Shown one piece after another: positions 48,832-60,230 of a stretch of DNA of 64,000 bases. The notes under the pieces are model-generated. The model worked only from the letters and a program-made list of their open reading frames with translations, did not search any database and was not told the DNA's origin. Made by a program: the position numbers and the translations under genes. How positions within the stretch are numbered: position 1 is the first letter of the stretch; every line of letters begins with the position of its first letter. Source of the DNA: Callorhinchus milii (Eukaryota); assembly GCF_018977255.1 (NCBI RefSeq), contig NW_024704771.1, positions 3,348,001 through 3,412,000 of the forward strand, in the 5' to 3' direction.

Positions 48832-48952
48832 ATTTGTAGTTGTCGTTGACATTACAGAGTCCTGTAGCTCAGTGGTTAGAGCACTCGCTTTGCAAGTGAG
48901 AGCTCTAACCACTGAGCTACAGGACTCTGTAATGTCAACGACAACTACAAAT
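48832..48952. repeat. Perfect 51-bp inverted repeat with a 19-nt spacer, built from a SINE head and its flank
   Basis: 48832-48882 is the exact reverse complement of 48902-48952. Confidence 0.92.
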
Positions 48953-50337
48953 ATATACTACAAATATTCGCCCACAAATATACGGTCAATTCACTTTACA
49001 GTCTATTCTGCGAAGCGCTCTGAGACGTCGAGAAGACGTGAAAAGCGCTATATCAAATGCAAGGATTATTATTAACATATTATTACATCATTAATGCTTA
49101 GGAACTTCAGGACCAACAACAGCAGTTTATTTTTTTCAGCTTTTATTTCATTCACATTCTGGATATATGCTTCTAGGTTTTTGCTCAGACTATTGAGCAT
49201 TTCCCACACATGTGTGGCCTCGGTTTGTCCTGTGTGGAGCGTACACTCTCACCCACCAGAGATTATTAGGTGCAAATTGGCAAGAGCCAAGGCTTGCTTG
49301 AACCCCCCCCCCCCCCCCGCCCGCCCCCAAGAGTGGGTATTTGGGGGTGGGGGGGGGGTTAACTGCTGCAGTTTAACCAGTTACACCACACTGGTATGCT
49401 TCCCGCAGGTGGTCGGTCATGGATACAATCCTAGAGTACTGTACAGCAGCCTGGATCAGAACCAGACTACCAAGCCCACATAGAGGGTTGCTGCAACTCA
49501 ACTCTTCCTTTGCCAGTTGTATCACCATGAGCCAGTTCAGGTGTGAGGAGACTTCCCACTGCCCCCAACTCCTGCTTACCTCCCCTGCGGAGACAAGCAC
49601 AATGCACAACAACAACTTGCACTTATACGGTGCCCTCCACACAGGGTAGCGTCTCAGAGCATACATCAGTAACATGCATCAGCAGCAATATAAGCTTACT
49701 CCATCGTTAGATGACGGTGTTCAGTTCTGAGCTTCCCCATTACAGGAAGGATATAGAAACAACGGAAAAAGTGCAGCGGGGATTGACTGGGTTGTTGCGG
49801 AGGAGGGAGGGGGGGGTTCGGATCTGAAAAAGGACTCGAGAAGTTATGGCTTGTTCTCCCTGAGCGGCCTGAGAAGTGGTCCTGGTTCATATCTCCTCGT
49901 GAATTTGCTGCTCAGTGAAAATGGCGTCTCTGAGAACAATCTAGTATCGCTTGTTATTATCTGTCAAGTCCATCAACCCCATCTCTCATCCATAACTCCC
50001 TCTCTTTCATATTCATCAACTCTTTCTCACATCGAAAACTCCTTCTCTCTTTCGTATCCATCAATTTTCTCTCCCTCTCTCACATCAACTCTCTCTCTCT
50101 CTCTCTCATTCATCAAACCCCCAACCCCCCTCTCTCTCTCTCTCGCTCTCACATCAATCATAACTCAAGTCTCATATCTCTATCTCACACATGCACACAC
50201 ACACACAGACCTCAATCTCTGTGAGAAAAGGAGCTACAACCCTCCCCCTCCCACCGACACTCTGGGGCAACAGAAGCTGAGTCCCAGGCCTGACCATTCT
50301 CTCTCTGTTCCTCTCTTGCCATTCACCCTCCCCTTCC

Positions 50338-53300
50338 TCACTCCAGTCTGAGCCAGGCTTTGCTCTCCTCCACCTCCTGCTTGACGACCAGAAGCAGCTC
50401 ACACACATCCTCAGCGATCTGTCCCTCCAGGAAGACCCTGTGACAGAGAAACACAAATATCTCTTTATACCTAACGCAAGTTTCCTTACTCCCCACGCGT
50501 GTAAGTAGGAAGTAGGAACCCGGTAGTTAGTCGACTGGCGGTTTGGCTTTCCGGGGGTAATAATCGCTCCACTCAGAAAATGTGTTCACTCAATCCACAG
50601 CTGTTTGTGGGACAGACGCTGCTGTGCACAATTGGATGCTGTGTTTCCTTCCAAAATATACAATCAATTCACTTTACAGTGAGCGCTTTGAGACGTCCAG
50701 ATGACGTGAAACCTGGGTTTGATTCCTGGCGGGGCGAAACGTTGTGCAAGTTTCCTTACTCCACACACCTCTGTTCACCCAGCAGTAAGTAGTAGCCCAG
50801 TTCTTAATCGATTGGCGGATCATTTTTCTGGGGGGAATAATCGCTTCAAATAAATAAATTGTTTGTGACAGTTTGTGAGACACAGCTGTGTGAAATTGGC
50901 TGCCATGTTTCACCCACAAGACATACAGTCAATTCACTTCTATATTCTGTGAAGCGAAGATATGATAAGGCGCTATATCAAATGCAAGGATTATTATTTT
51001 TATTGTAATAATGCACTATGTAAAATGCATGATTATTCTTATTACCCTTTAGCTCAGACAGATGTCTGACCCAAATGGAAACCCATCACTTGGACCACAC
51101 TTGAATGTGTACTCTCTAACCCCGGACAGAGGGATGTGCCCTGCCCGTCTTATCCAGGAAAGTATAGGGCGCAGGTTGGTGAGAGCCCAAGTTTGGGGCA
51201 AAACAAAAATGCGTGTCGGGAGTTTAACCAGCTAAAAGCATGCAGCATTCCCAGTGGTTACAATGGTGCCTGACCCAAGAGCGCTGGTCGGAGTGTAGAG
51301 GGAGCTTTACTCTGTCTCTAACCCTTATCTGGGAGTGTGGACGCACAGTGTAGAGGCAGCTTTGGTCCGTCTCTAACGCTGACCTGAGAGTGTGGATGGA
51401 TAGTGCAGTGGCAGCTTTACGCTATCTCTCACCTCAGCTCCTCACTGCCTCCGATCCGTGCTGGGGATTTGAGCTTTGAGTCCAGGTTATAGTAGTGACC
51501 GTTCACCTCCCTGACTGCAATCCAGTGTCTCCTGCGTATGGGCAGGGTCACGAAGGCCAGAGTCACATTGGATGGGATGTTCAGAATGAATCCATACACC
51601 TGGGAGAGCACCAGAGCATCCAGAGACCTGCGGCGGGAGACAGAGAGACTTAATCAGAGACTTTCGCTCAGGACAGACATCTTGGAGAGCTTCACAATGA
51701 TTCGTGTTTAAGAGATTGCAACAGCTTCAACAACAACAACATCAAATTACATTTGGACAAAATCTTTCATGTCTGGAGGACGTCCCAAAACTTCAGAGAC
51801 GATGGGGAAAGAAGGGAAATTTGGTGGTGGTGATGATAAAGGCATTCCTGCAGACAGAAGTTTGTCTTAAATGAGATTTAAAGGTGGAGAGAGACCACGG
51901 GTCAATGGGTCCTCGACAGAGAATTTCAGAGAACGGGGTGTTCAGTGGCCGGAATATTGTCAATTGATGACGGACAGAGGGAGAAAAGGGACAACCAGGA
52001 GACTGGAAAAGCGATTGACAGGGCAGAGGGTGATAGAGAGGCGAGGCAGAGCCTGGGAAAGGAAGAAAGAGAACAGGGAGGGATTTCATAGAACCATGAA
52101 ATTATACAGCACAGAAGGAGGCCATTCGGCCCATTGTATCTGTGCCGGCTTTTTTAGAAGAGCTACGCCAATCAATCCCACTCCCCCTGCTCTCTCTCTC
52201 TCCCCAAATAATTATCTACTTCTCGACTAAAAGTTGTTATTGAATCGGCTTCCACCACTTCCATCAGGCAATACATTCCAGATCCAAACAACTCGCTGTG
52301 TGAAAAACAATTCTCCTCACCTCCTGTTTCTTTTAACAAACTTTTTAAATCAATGCCCTTGGGTCCACCCGCCAGGGGAAACAGTTTCTCCTTGTTCACC
52401 CTATCGAATCTCCTCATAATTTGGAAAACTTTGATTAAGTCTCCTCTTAATCTTCTCTGCCCCAAGGAGAATAATCCCAGCTTCTCCAGCCTCTCCTCAT
52501 AAGTGAACGAAGTCAATGATCGTGAAGGGAACGTGTTTGTGGGGTGGCGGAGAGAATCGGAGCTGGGGGTGGGTAGCTGGGAGACAAGGTGAGGATGGGG
52601 GAGGGGGCTGATTAAAGGCAAGGAAGTGACAGACCTGCGTTTGTCCCACCAAATGGGAGCGAGCCCCTGAGATACGAGGGCGGCCATGAGAATGTTGACA
52701 TCGTAGTTGCCAGTCCCGAGGAGACTGCGGTGAGGGTTCAGCACGGTGCCAGGCGACAAACTGTGGAGACAAGGGTAAGAGATGGATTCATTTATTGGGT
52801 GGGGAGTCTGGCCCACAAGGAAACCTGCGAGAATCCCCCACAGGTTTCACCGATACGGTGGGCTCACTCACTCTTTCTCCCCAGAGGGACACACCCTGCT
52901 CCTACCTACCTGCCCGTACCCTCCGCTCCTCCGGCTCCGGTCTGCTCCACGTCCCCCGCCCCAATCGCCCTACCATTGGTGGTCGGGCCTTCAGCCTCTC
53001 AGCCCCGAGGCTCTGGAACTCTATCCCCCAGTGCCTTCGCCGCTTCCTCCCTTTCCTCCTTCAAGGCCGGTCTCAAAACCTTTCTCTTTGACCGTGCCTT
53101 CAGCTCCCCTCTCGACTCTCTTCCCCCTTCTCGCTCCCTCCCATCCCTCCCCTCACCCTGACCATTTCCCCCCTCCTCGCTCCCTCCCCTCCCCTCACCC
53201 TGACCATATCCCCCCTGCTCGGGTCATGACCCAACTGTGCAGCGCCTTGGGACGTCCTCCTGATGTGAAAGGCGCTTTATAAATGGAATCTTGTTGTTGT

Positions 53301-54256
53301 TTTTCTTGCTCCACTAAACCACCCGGACGATCTCCTCTTGCGTACGCACAGCCAGACTCCCCTGCACTCCCCTGTGTGTTATAATCAGGACAACAACAGT
53401 AATTAACAATCCTTGCATCTGATACGGCGCCTTATCACATCATCGGGGACGTCTCAAAGAGCTTCACGGGGTACACTGGAGAGTACAGTGACCGTGTACG
53501 TTGTGGAAGAAACACGGCAGCAAATTCTGCTCTCAGCAGTGCCCCACAAGTGAGTGAGTGAGCAATTTGATCTGGGGGAGTGTTGGCCAGGACACTGAGA
53601 GAGAGAAACTCCCTTCTCTTTCCCAATAGCGGCCTGGGACGTCCACCTCGGTGTAACATCTCATCTGAAAGATAGCACCTCCGACAATGCAACACCGACC
53701 CCCACCCTCCACCACCCCACTCACCCCCCACCCCACCCAGCGTCAGCTTAGATGACGTGATTCCAAGGCCCGAAGAGGGGTCACACACCCCAAAACCTTC
53801 ACCGCCTCCTGACCCAGAGGCAAGAGCGTTACCTCTGGGCAGTGCTGACACATGTCAGGACGTGTCAGCATCCCCCACCCCCTCTCGCCTCTCTACCCTC
53901 TCCTCGCTCCCTCCCTCCCTTCCCTCCCCTCACCCTGACCATTTCCCCCCCACTGCTCGGGTCCCGACCCAACTGTCCAGCGCCTCCCGACATGAAAGGC
54001 ACTCTATAAATGAAATCTTGTTGTTGTTGTTGTACCGACTCCCCTGGCCAGTGCCCCCCCCCCCCCCCCCACCCCCCAGGCCTGGGTGGTGCACACGCGC
54101 TCAGACTGGGCCTGGCTCCACACACCGGCCGCATATCTCGTCCAGATCTTCTTTGCCGAACGCCCGGCACTGCAGTAGGTTGTTCAGGGCGTGGACGGCA
54201 CACAGCTCCAGCCGCTGCTTCTCATGGTACAGGCCCTGCCCGTCCGGCTCACACAT
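50338..54256 (-). CDS. JOSD2: Josephin-domain deubiquitinase (Josephin-2), 183 aa
   Basis: Exons 54256-54126 ([21 protein letters not shown]), 52760-52635 ([21 protein letters not shown]), 51627-51433 ([21 protein letters not shown]), 50437-50338; all GT-AG, 552 bp, catalytic Cys/His/Asp intact. JOSD2 is preferred over JOSD1 because of linkage to TMEM143 (both on human 19q13.3). Confidence 0.9.
52088..52505 (-). mobile_element. CR1 LINE 3' end in a JOSD2 intron
   Basis: Encodes [29 protein letters not shown]; CR1-type tail ending ttctatg. Confidence 0.85.
52897..53300 (+). mobile_element. Young L2 3' end
   Basis: Near-identical to 32675-33240. Confidence 0.88.
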
Positions 54257-54390
54257 GGTCCTATTGCCACTCGCGCGCACAACGCTTGACGTCCTGTCCC
54301 GGGTTTGGCCGCAATTCCCTGTGTCCGGCTCCGGCAGTGAGTCTGGTCACCAGGGCAACAAGCCCGGTCTGTGGTCCCAACACAAGTACT

Positions 54391-55400
54391 CCAGGCCTCG
54401 ACTTCCTGTAGCCAGGCCTCGACTTCCTGTAGCCAGGCCTCGACTTCCTGTAGCCACGCCTCGACTTCCTGTAGCCAAGCCTCGACTTCCTGTAGCCAGG
54501 CCTCGACTTCCTGTAGCCAGGCCTCGACTTCCTGTAGCCACGCCTCGACTTCCTGCAGCCAAGCCTCGACTTCCTGTAGCCAGGCCTCGACTTCCTGTAG
54601 CCAAGCCTCGACTTCCTGTAGCCAAGCCTAGACTTCCTGTAGCCACGCCTCGACTTCCTGCAGCCAGGCCTCGACTTCCTGTAGCCAAGCCTCGACTTCC
54701 TGTAGCCAGGCCTCGACTTCCTGTAGCCAGGCCTCGACTTCCTGCAGCCAGGCCTCGACTTCCTGTAGCCACGCCTCGACTTCCTGTAGCCAAGCCTCGA
54801 CTTCCTGTAGCCAGGCCTCGACTTCCTGTAGCCAGGCCTCGACTTCCTGTAGCCACGCCTCGACTTCCTGCAGCCAAGCCTCGACTTCCTGTAGCCAGGC
54901 CTCGACTTCCTGTAGCCACGCCTCGACTTCCTGCAGCCAAGCCTCGACTTCCTGTAGCCAAGCCTAGACTTCCTGTAGCCACGCCTCGACTTCCTGCAGC
55001 CAGACCTCGACTTCCTGTAGCCAAGCCTCGACTTCCTGTAGCCAGGCCTCGACTTCCTGTAGCCAGGCCTCGACTTCCTGTAGCCAAGCCTCGACTTCCT
55101 GTAGTCAAGCCTAGACTTCCTGTAGCCAAGCCTCGACTTCCTGCAGCCAAGCCTCGACTTCCTGTAGCCAGGCCTCGACTTCCTGTAGCCAAGCCTCGAC
55201 TTCCTGTAGTCAAGCCTAGACTTCCTGTAGCCAAGCCTCGACTTCCTGTAGCCAAGCCTCAACTTCCTGTAGCCAGGCTTCGACTTCCTGTAGCCAAGCC
55301 TCGACTTCCTGCAGCCAGGCCTCGACTTCCTGTAGCCACGCCTCGACTTCCTGTAGCCACGCCTCGACTTCCTGTAGCCACGCCTCGACTTCCTGTAGCC
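54391..55400. repeat. 21-bp minisatellite (ccaggcctcgacttcctgtag), about 48 copies
   Basis: Highly homogeneous tandem units with a few recurring variants (cca[g/c/a]g, ctg[t/c]ag). Confidence 0.97.
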
Positions 55401-55404
55401 AGTA

Positions 55405-55725
55405 CAAGGACACACATCCGGCCTCGGGCCTGACTTCCGGTAAAACCCTTCAAGGCCTGACTTCCGCCGTGGCGGGTCACAATGTCGGGGTCACGGGCGG
55501 CCTGTGGGGGGCGGGGCCCGCGGGGCGTTCATTATTTTTCTACAATTTTGTTTCATTTCCGCTCCCGGCGGCGGCGGCGGCGGCGGCTCCTTCTCCGTGA
55601 GTTTCTGCTTCCGGATGTTACGTCAGCGCGTCGCCTCCGCCGCGTCACCCACGCGCCGCGTCTCTCCCTCCGCCCCCCCGACGCAACGCGCTGACGTCAC
55701 AATCATTTAAAGGGGCAGAGCCTGA
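55405..55725. promoter_or_regulatory. CpG-rich candidate bidirectional promoter for JOSD2 and TMEM143
   Basis: CpG-dense; ETS/GABP-type cttccgg sites (near 55434 and 55608), GC box ggggcgggg (near 55508), CRE tgacgtca at 55692-55699 and ttacgtca near 55618; lies between divergent genes. Confidence 0.7.
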
Positions 55726-55729
55726 GCAG

Positions 55730-56680
55730 CAGCAACAACAACAACAATCAGTAACAACAACAACAACAACAATCAGTAACAACAACAATCAGTAACAACA
55801 ACAACAATCAGTAACAACAACAACAACGACAATATCAGTAACAACAACAACAACGACAATATCAGTAACAACAACAACAATCAGTAACAACAACAACAAT
55901 CAGTAACAACAACAACAACAATCAGTAACAACAACAATCAGTAACAACAACAACAATCAGTAACAACAACAACAACAACAATCAGTAACAACAACAATCA
56001 GTAACAACAACAACAATCAGTAACAACAACAACAACAATCAGTAACAACAACAACAATCAGTAACAACAACAACCAGTAACAACAACAACAACAATCAGT
56101 AACAACAACAACAATCAGTAACAACAACTACAACAATCAGTAACAACAACAACAACAATCAGTAACAACAACAACAATCAGTAACAACAACAACAATCAG
56201 TAACAACAACAACAACAATCAGTAACAACAACAACAACAACAATCAGTAACAACAATCAGTAACAACAACAACAACAATCAGTANNNNNNNNNNNNNNNN
56301 NNNNNNNNNNNNNNNNNNNNNNNNNNNNNNNNNNNNNNNNNNNNNNNNNNNNNNNNNNNNNNNNNNNNNNNNNNNNNNNNNNNNNNNNNNNNNNNNNNNN
56401 NNNNNNNNNNNNNNNNNNNNNNNNNNNNNNNNNNNNNNNNAACAATCAGTAACAACAACAACAATCAGTAACAACAACAACAACAACAATCAGTAACAAC
56501 AACAACAACAACAATCAGTAACAACAACAACAACAACAATCAGTAACAACAACAATCAGTAACAACAACAATCAGTAACAACAACAACAACAATCAGTAA
56601 CAACAACAACAATCAGTAACAACAACAACAATCAGTAACAACAACAACAATCAGTAACAACAACAACAACAACAACAATC
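55730..56680. repeat. Compound (AAC)n-AATCAGT satellite containing a 156-N assembly gap (56285-56440)
   Basis: Directly visible. Confidence 0.95.
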
Positions 56681-57094
56681 AGCGCCACCATCGCCATTTT
56701 GTCCCTCCCTCTCCGGCGTTCCACTCGTGCGCTCGCCTCGCAAGTGAGAGGATCCGGGTTCACTTCCCGGGCAGGGAGACACCGTGGAGAAGTGTCGTTG
56801 CTCCCCACGCGCCTCCGTTTACCCGGCAGTAACCAGGAACCCGGTTGTTAGCCGACTGTTGTTGTTGTTGTTGTTGTTGACTGGCGGATCCCACTTTCCA
56901 GGGGTAATAATCCCTCCAAAAAAGTAATAATTTGGTTCACTCAATCCCCGACGCTGATGTGCGCCATCGGCTGCTGCGTTTCGCCCACAAAATGTACAGT
57001 CAATTCACTTTGCAGTCTATTCTGTGAAGCGCTTTGGGACGTTTCAAAGAAGTGATGAGGATTATTATTATTATTTTATAACAAGGAGTTTAAG

Positions 57095-57429
57095 GAGTCC
57101 TGTGGCTCAGTGGTTAGAGCACTCGCTTTGCGAGCGAGAGACCTGAGTTCAATTCCAGGCAGAGGGCCAAACCTCGGGCAAGTTTCCTTACTCCACACAG
57201 AGCCTAATAATAATCCCTCCAAAACCAAAAACAATAATAAATTGGTCATTTTCAATCTACGGCTGTTTGTGGGACATTGCTGTGCGCCATCGGCTGTCGC
57301 GTTCGCCCACAAATATACAGTCAATTCACTTTACAGTGTGTTCTGTGAAGCGCTTTGGGACGTCTTCCCGACGTGAAAAGCGCTATATCAAATGCAAGGA
57401 TTATTATGATTATTATAAGTATTATTATT
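57095..57429 (+). mobile_element. Young Deu-domain SINE
   Basis: Near-identical to 16125-16452. Confidence 0.9.
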
Positions 57430-57536
57430 CTCTCCCTCTCCTGTTGTCTCTCTCTATGCCTGTGTCTCTCTTGCGTTGCCTCTCTCTCTCTCTCTCTATC
57501 TATCTCTGTCTCTTTCTGTCTCCCCACTGTTGCAGG

Positions 57537-58833
57537 ATGCTTCAGGCCGCTCTCGGCAGGAGGGAGCTCCGGGCTCTGGGTGCTCTGAGCAGGAAGGTTC
57601 AGAGCTCCAGGTCCAGGAAAGCGGAGAAAGAGCGGGGACGTGGAGAGAGACAGAGCGAGGGACAGGGAGAGAGACAGAGCGAGGGACAGGGAGAGAGACA
57701 GAGCGAGGGACGGGGACCAGCACAGAGCAAGGGACAAGGACAGAGTGATCACCAGACACAGAGCGAGGGACATGGACAGAGTGAAGATCACAGCTTTAAG
57801 ACATGGGTCAAGGAATACAAGGAATGCTTCATCCCTTTCTCTCGACTGAGGCTCCTGTCAATGGTGCTGCAGGTAACCCCACACTCACACACCAGCTCAA
57901 ACTCCCTCTCCGTGCTCTCTCGCACACACTTGTGCATTCACGCGATCGTAACGCTTGCACGCTCTCACTGCCCGCACGCGCAACTCCCAAACTCGGGCTT
58001 ACAGTCAGTCGCTTGCACGCCCACCCACGCCCACGCTCCCTCGCACTAAGTCCTGTGGCATAATGGTGAATGCACTCGGCTGGCAAGCGAGAGGACCCGG
58101 GTTCGATTCCCGGGCAGGGCAAAACCTCAGGCAAGTTTGTTCATCCCACCCACCTCTGTTTACGCCGACAACAAGATTACATTTGTGGAGCACCTTTCAC
58201 GTTGGGAGGACGTCCCAAGGCGCTGGACGGTGTGTAGCATTTCAGACCCGGGCTGGGGTCAGGGCGGAGAAGGGAGGGGAAGGGGGTGGGGGGCGACTGA
58301 TGGATGGTCGAAGAGGAAGGTTTTGAGGCGGGACTTGAAGGAGGGCTAAGGAAGGGGGGGGCGAGGCGGAGTGATTGGGGGATGGAGTTCCAGAGGTTGG
58401 GGGCAGAGTGGCTGAAGGCCAATGGTTTACGCAGCAGTAACTAGTAAACAGAGACCCAGCTGCCAGTCGATTGGGGCATCACTTTCTGGGGTGATAATCC
58501 CTTCCAGAGAGAAAAAACGATGTGGTGGCTTTTCACCCCTCCAAAATAAAAAAAAAAGAAATAATAATAATTTGGTCACCCAACTGTTGGGGGGAAACCG
58601 CTGTGTGCAATTGGCCGCCGTGTTTGGCTCACAATACGTACACAGTCAATCCGCTTTCCAGTATATCCTGTGAAGCGCTTCGAGGCATCTCAACGACGTG
58701 AAAGGCGCTATATCAAATGCAAGAAATGTTATTATTGTGGCTCACACACAGACCCTCACATTTGTGATCACCTCACACTTACTCTCCGACTCTCCCACTC
58801 TCTTTGACTCTCGTCCTTTCCTCTCCAACTCTC

Positions 58834-58876
<43 letters not shown>

Positions 58877-60196
58877 CATTCTATCTGTCGTTCCATCTCA
58901 GTCACTCCCTCCATGGTGTCTCTCTCTCTAAATCCCTCTCGCTGTCTGTCAGTCGCTCTCTTTCTCTCTGTCACTCTCTCGCTCTGTCTCTCTCTGTCAC
59001 AATCTCGCTGAGTTACTCGCTCTCTGTCAGCCATTCTGTCTCCATCTCTCAGTCCTGTAGCTCAGTGGTTAGAGCACTCGCTTTGCAAGTGAGAGGCCTG
59101 AGTTCAATTCCAGGCAGAGGGCCAAACCTCGGGCAAGTTTCCTTACTCCACACAGAGCCTAATAATAAACCCTCCAAAACCAAAAACAATAATAAATTGG
59201 TCATTTTCAATCCACGACTGTCTGTGGGACATTGCTGTGCGCCATTGGCTGCCGCGTTCGCCCACAAATATACAGTCAATTCACTTTACAGTGTGTTCTG
59301 TGAAGCGCTTTGGGACGTCCTCTCCCGACGTGAAAAGCGCTATATCAAATGCAAGGATTATTATTATTATGATTATTATATTCTCTCTGTCACACTCTCA
59401 ATCACTCTCTGTCAGTCACTCTCCCAGTCACTGTCTCTGTCACTCTATCTCTCACGCAGTCACTCTCTCTGTCTCACACATGCACGCACTCTCTCTCCGA
59501 GTCACTCTCTCTCTCTCTCTCTGTCTCTCTGGCTCAGGACATGCCGTTGAATCCGCACTGGGATCGGAACCAACTCCTGAACTTCGTGAAGGAGACGGAA
59601 CCTCTGCTTCTGAAGCAATATCACAGCGAACTGGACGATCTGAAGGTACAGAGAAGGTGTGCGCGAGAGTGCGCGTGTGGGCGTGCGTTTGTCGGGCGGT
59701 GCGTACGGGTGTGGGTGAGAGACACGACGTGCGTGAGGGAGAGTACGTGCGTGAGGGTCAGAGAGAGTCGGAGAGAGAACGTGTGAGGGTCAGAGAGAAA
59801 GGGAGAGTGAAAAACAGGAGTGAGAGAATCGCAGAGAGAGAGAGAGAGAGAGAGTCGGTATGTAACAGACAGAGAGCATGAGAGTTAGAATGTGTGTGTG
59901 GCAGAGAACAAGGGATTGTAGAGTGTGAGCCTCAGTGTAGTGACTGTGAACACGTCTCGATTCGGTGAAGAATAAAAAAAAAAGGTCGATCTCAAGACCC
60001 TTCCCTTCGACCGTGCCTTCGGTCGCCCTCCTACCTCTAACCTTTCTCTCTCCAGTACCTTCAGACGTTCTCCCGACGCGAAAGGTGTGACGAAAATGTA
60101 ATTTGTTGTTGTTGTGGACCCTGACTGACCCTTCTCTCCCAGTCACTCTGTCTCGCTCTCTCTTTCATTCTCAGTCACTCTCTCTTTCTCTCTCTC

Positions 60197-60230
<34 letters not shown>

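Noticed and set aside
51285-51425. Repeated gagtgtagagggagctttactctg motifs as a regulatory element
   Set aside because: About three degenerate units of an ordinary intronic minisatellite, with nothing to suggest function.
53757-55433. Long ORFs on both strands (558 aa PRLPVA repeat, 384 aa RKSR repeat, 302 aa ATGSRGL repeat)
   Set aside because: They arise from a 21-bp repeat lacking stops in several frames; the frame matching the JOSD2 ATG stops at 54347-54349, so it is not an N-terminal extension.
54391-56680. CRISPR-like appearance of regular repeats
   Set aside because: No unique spacers, no cas genes, vertebrate context; these are simple tandem repeats.
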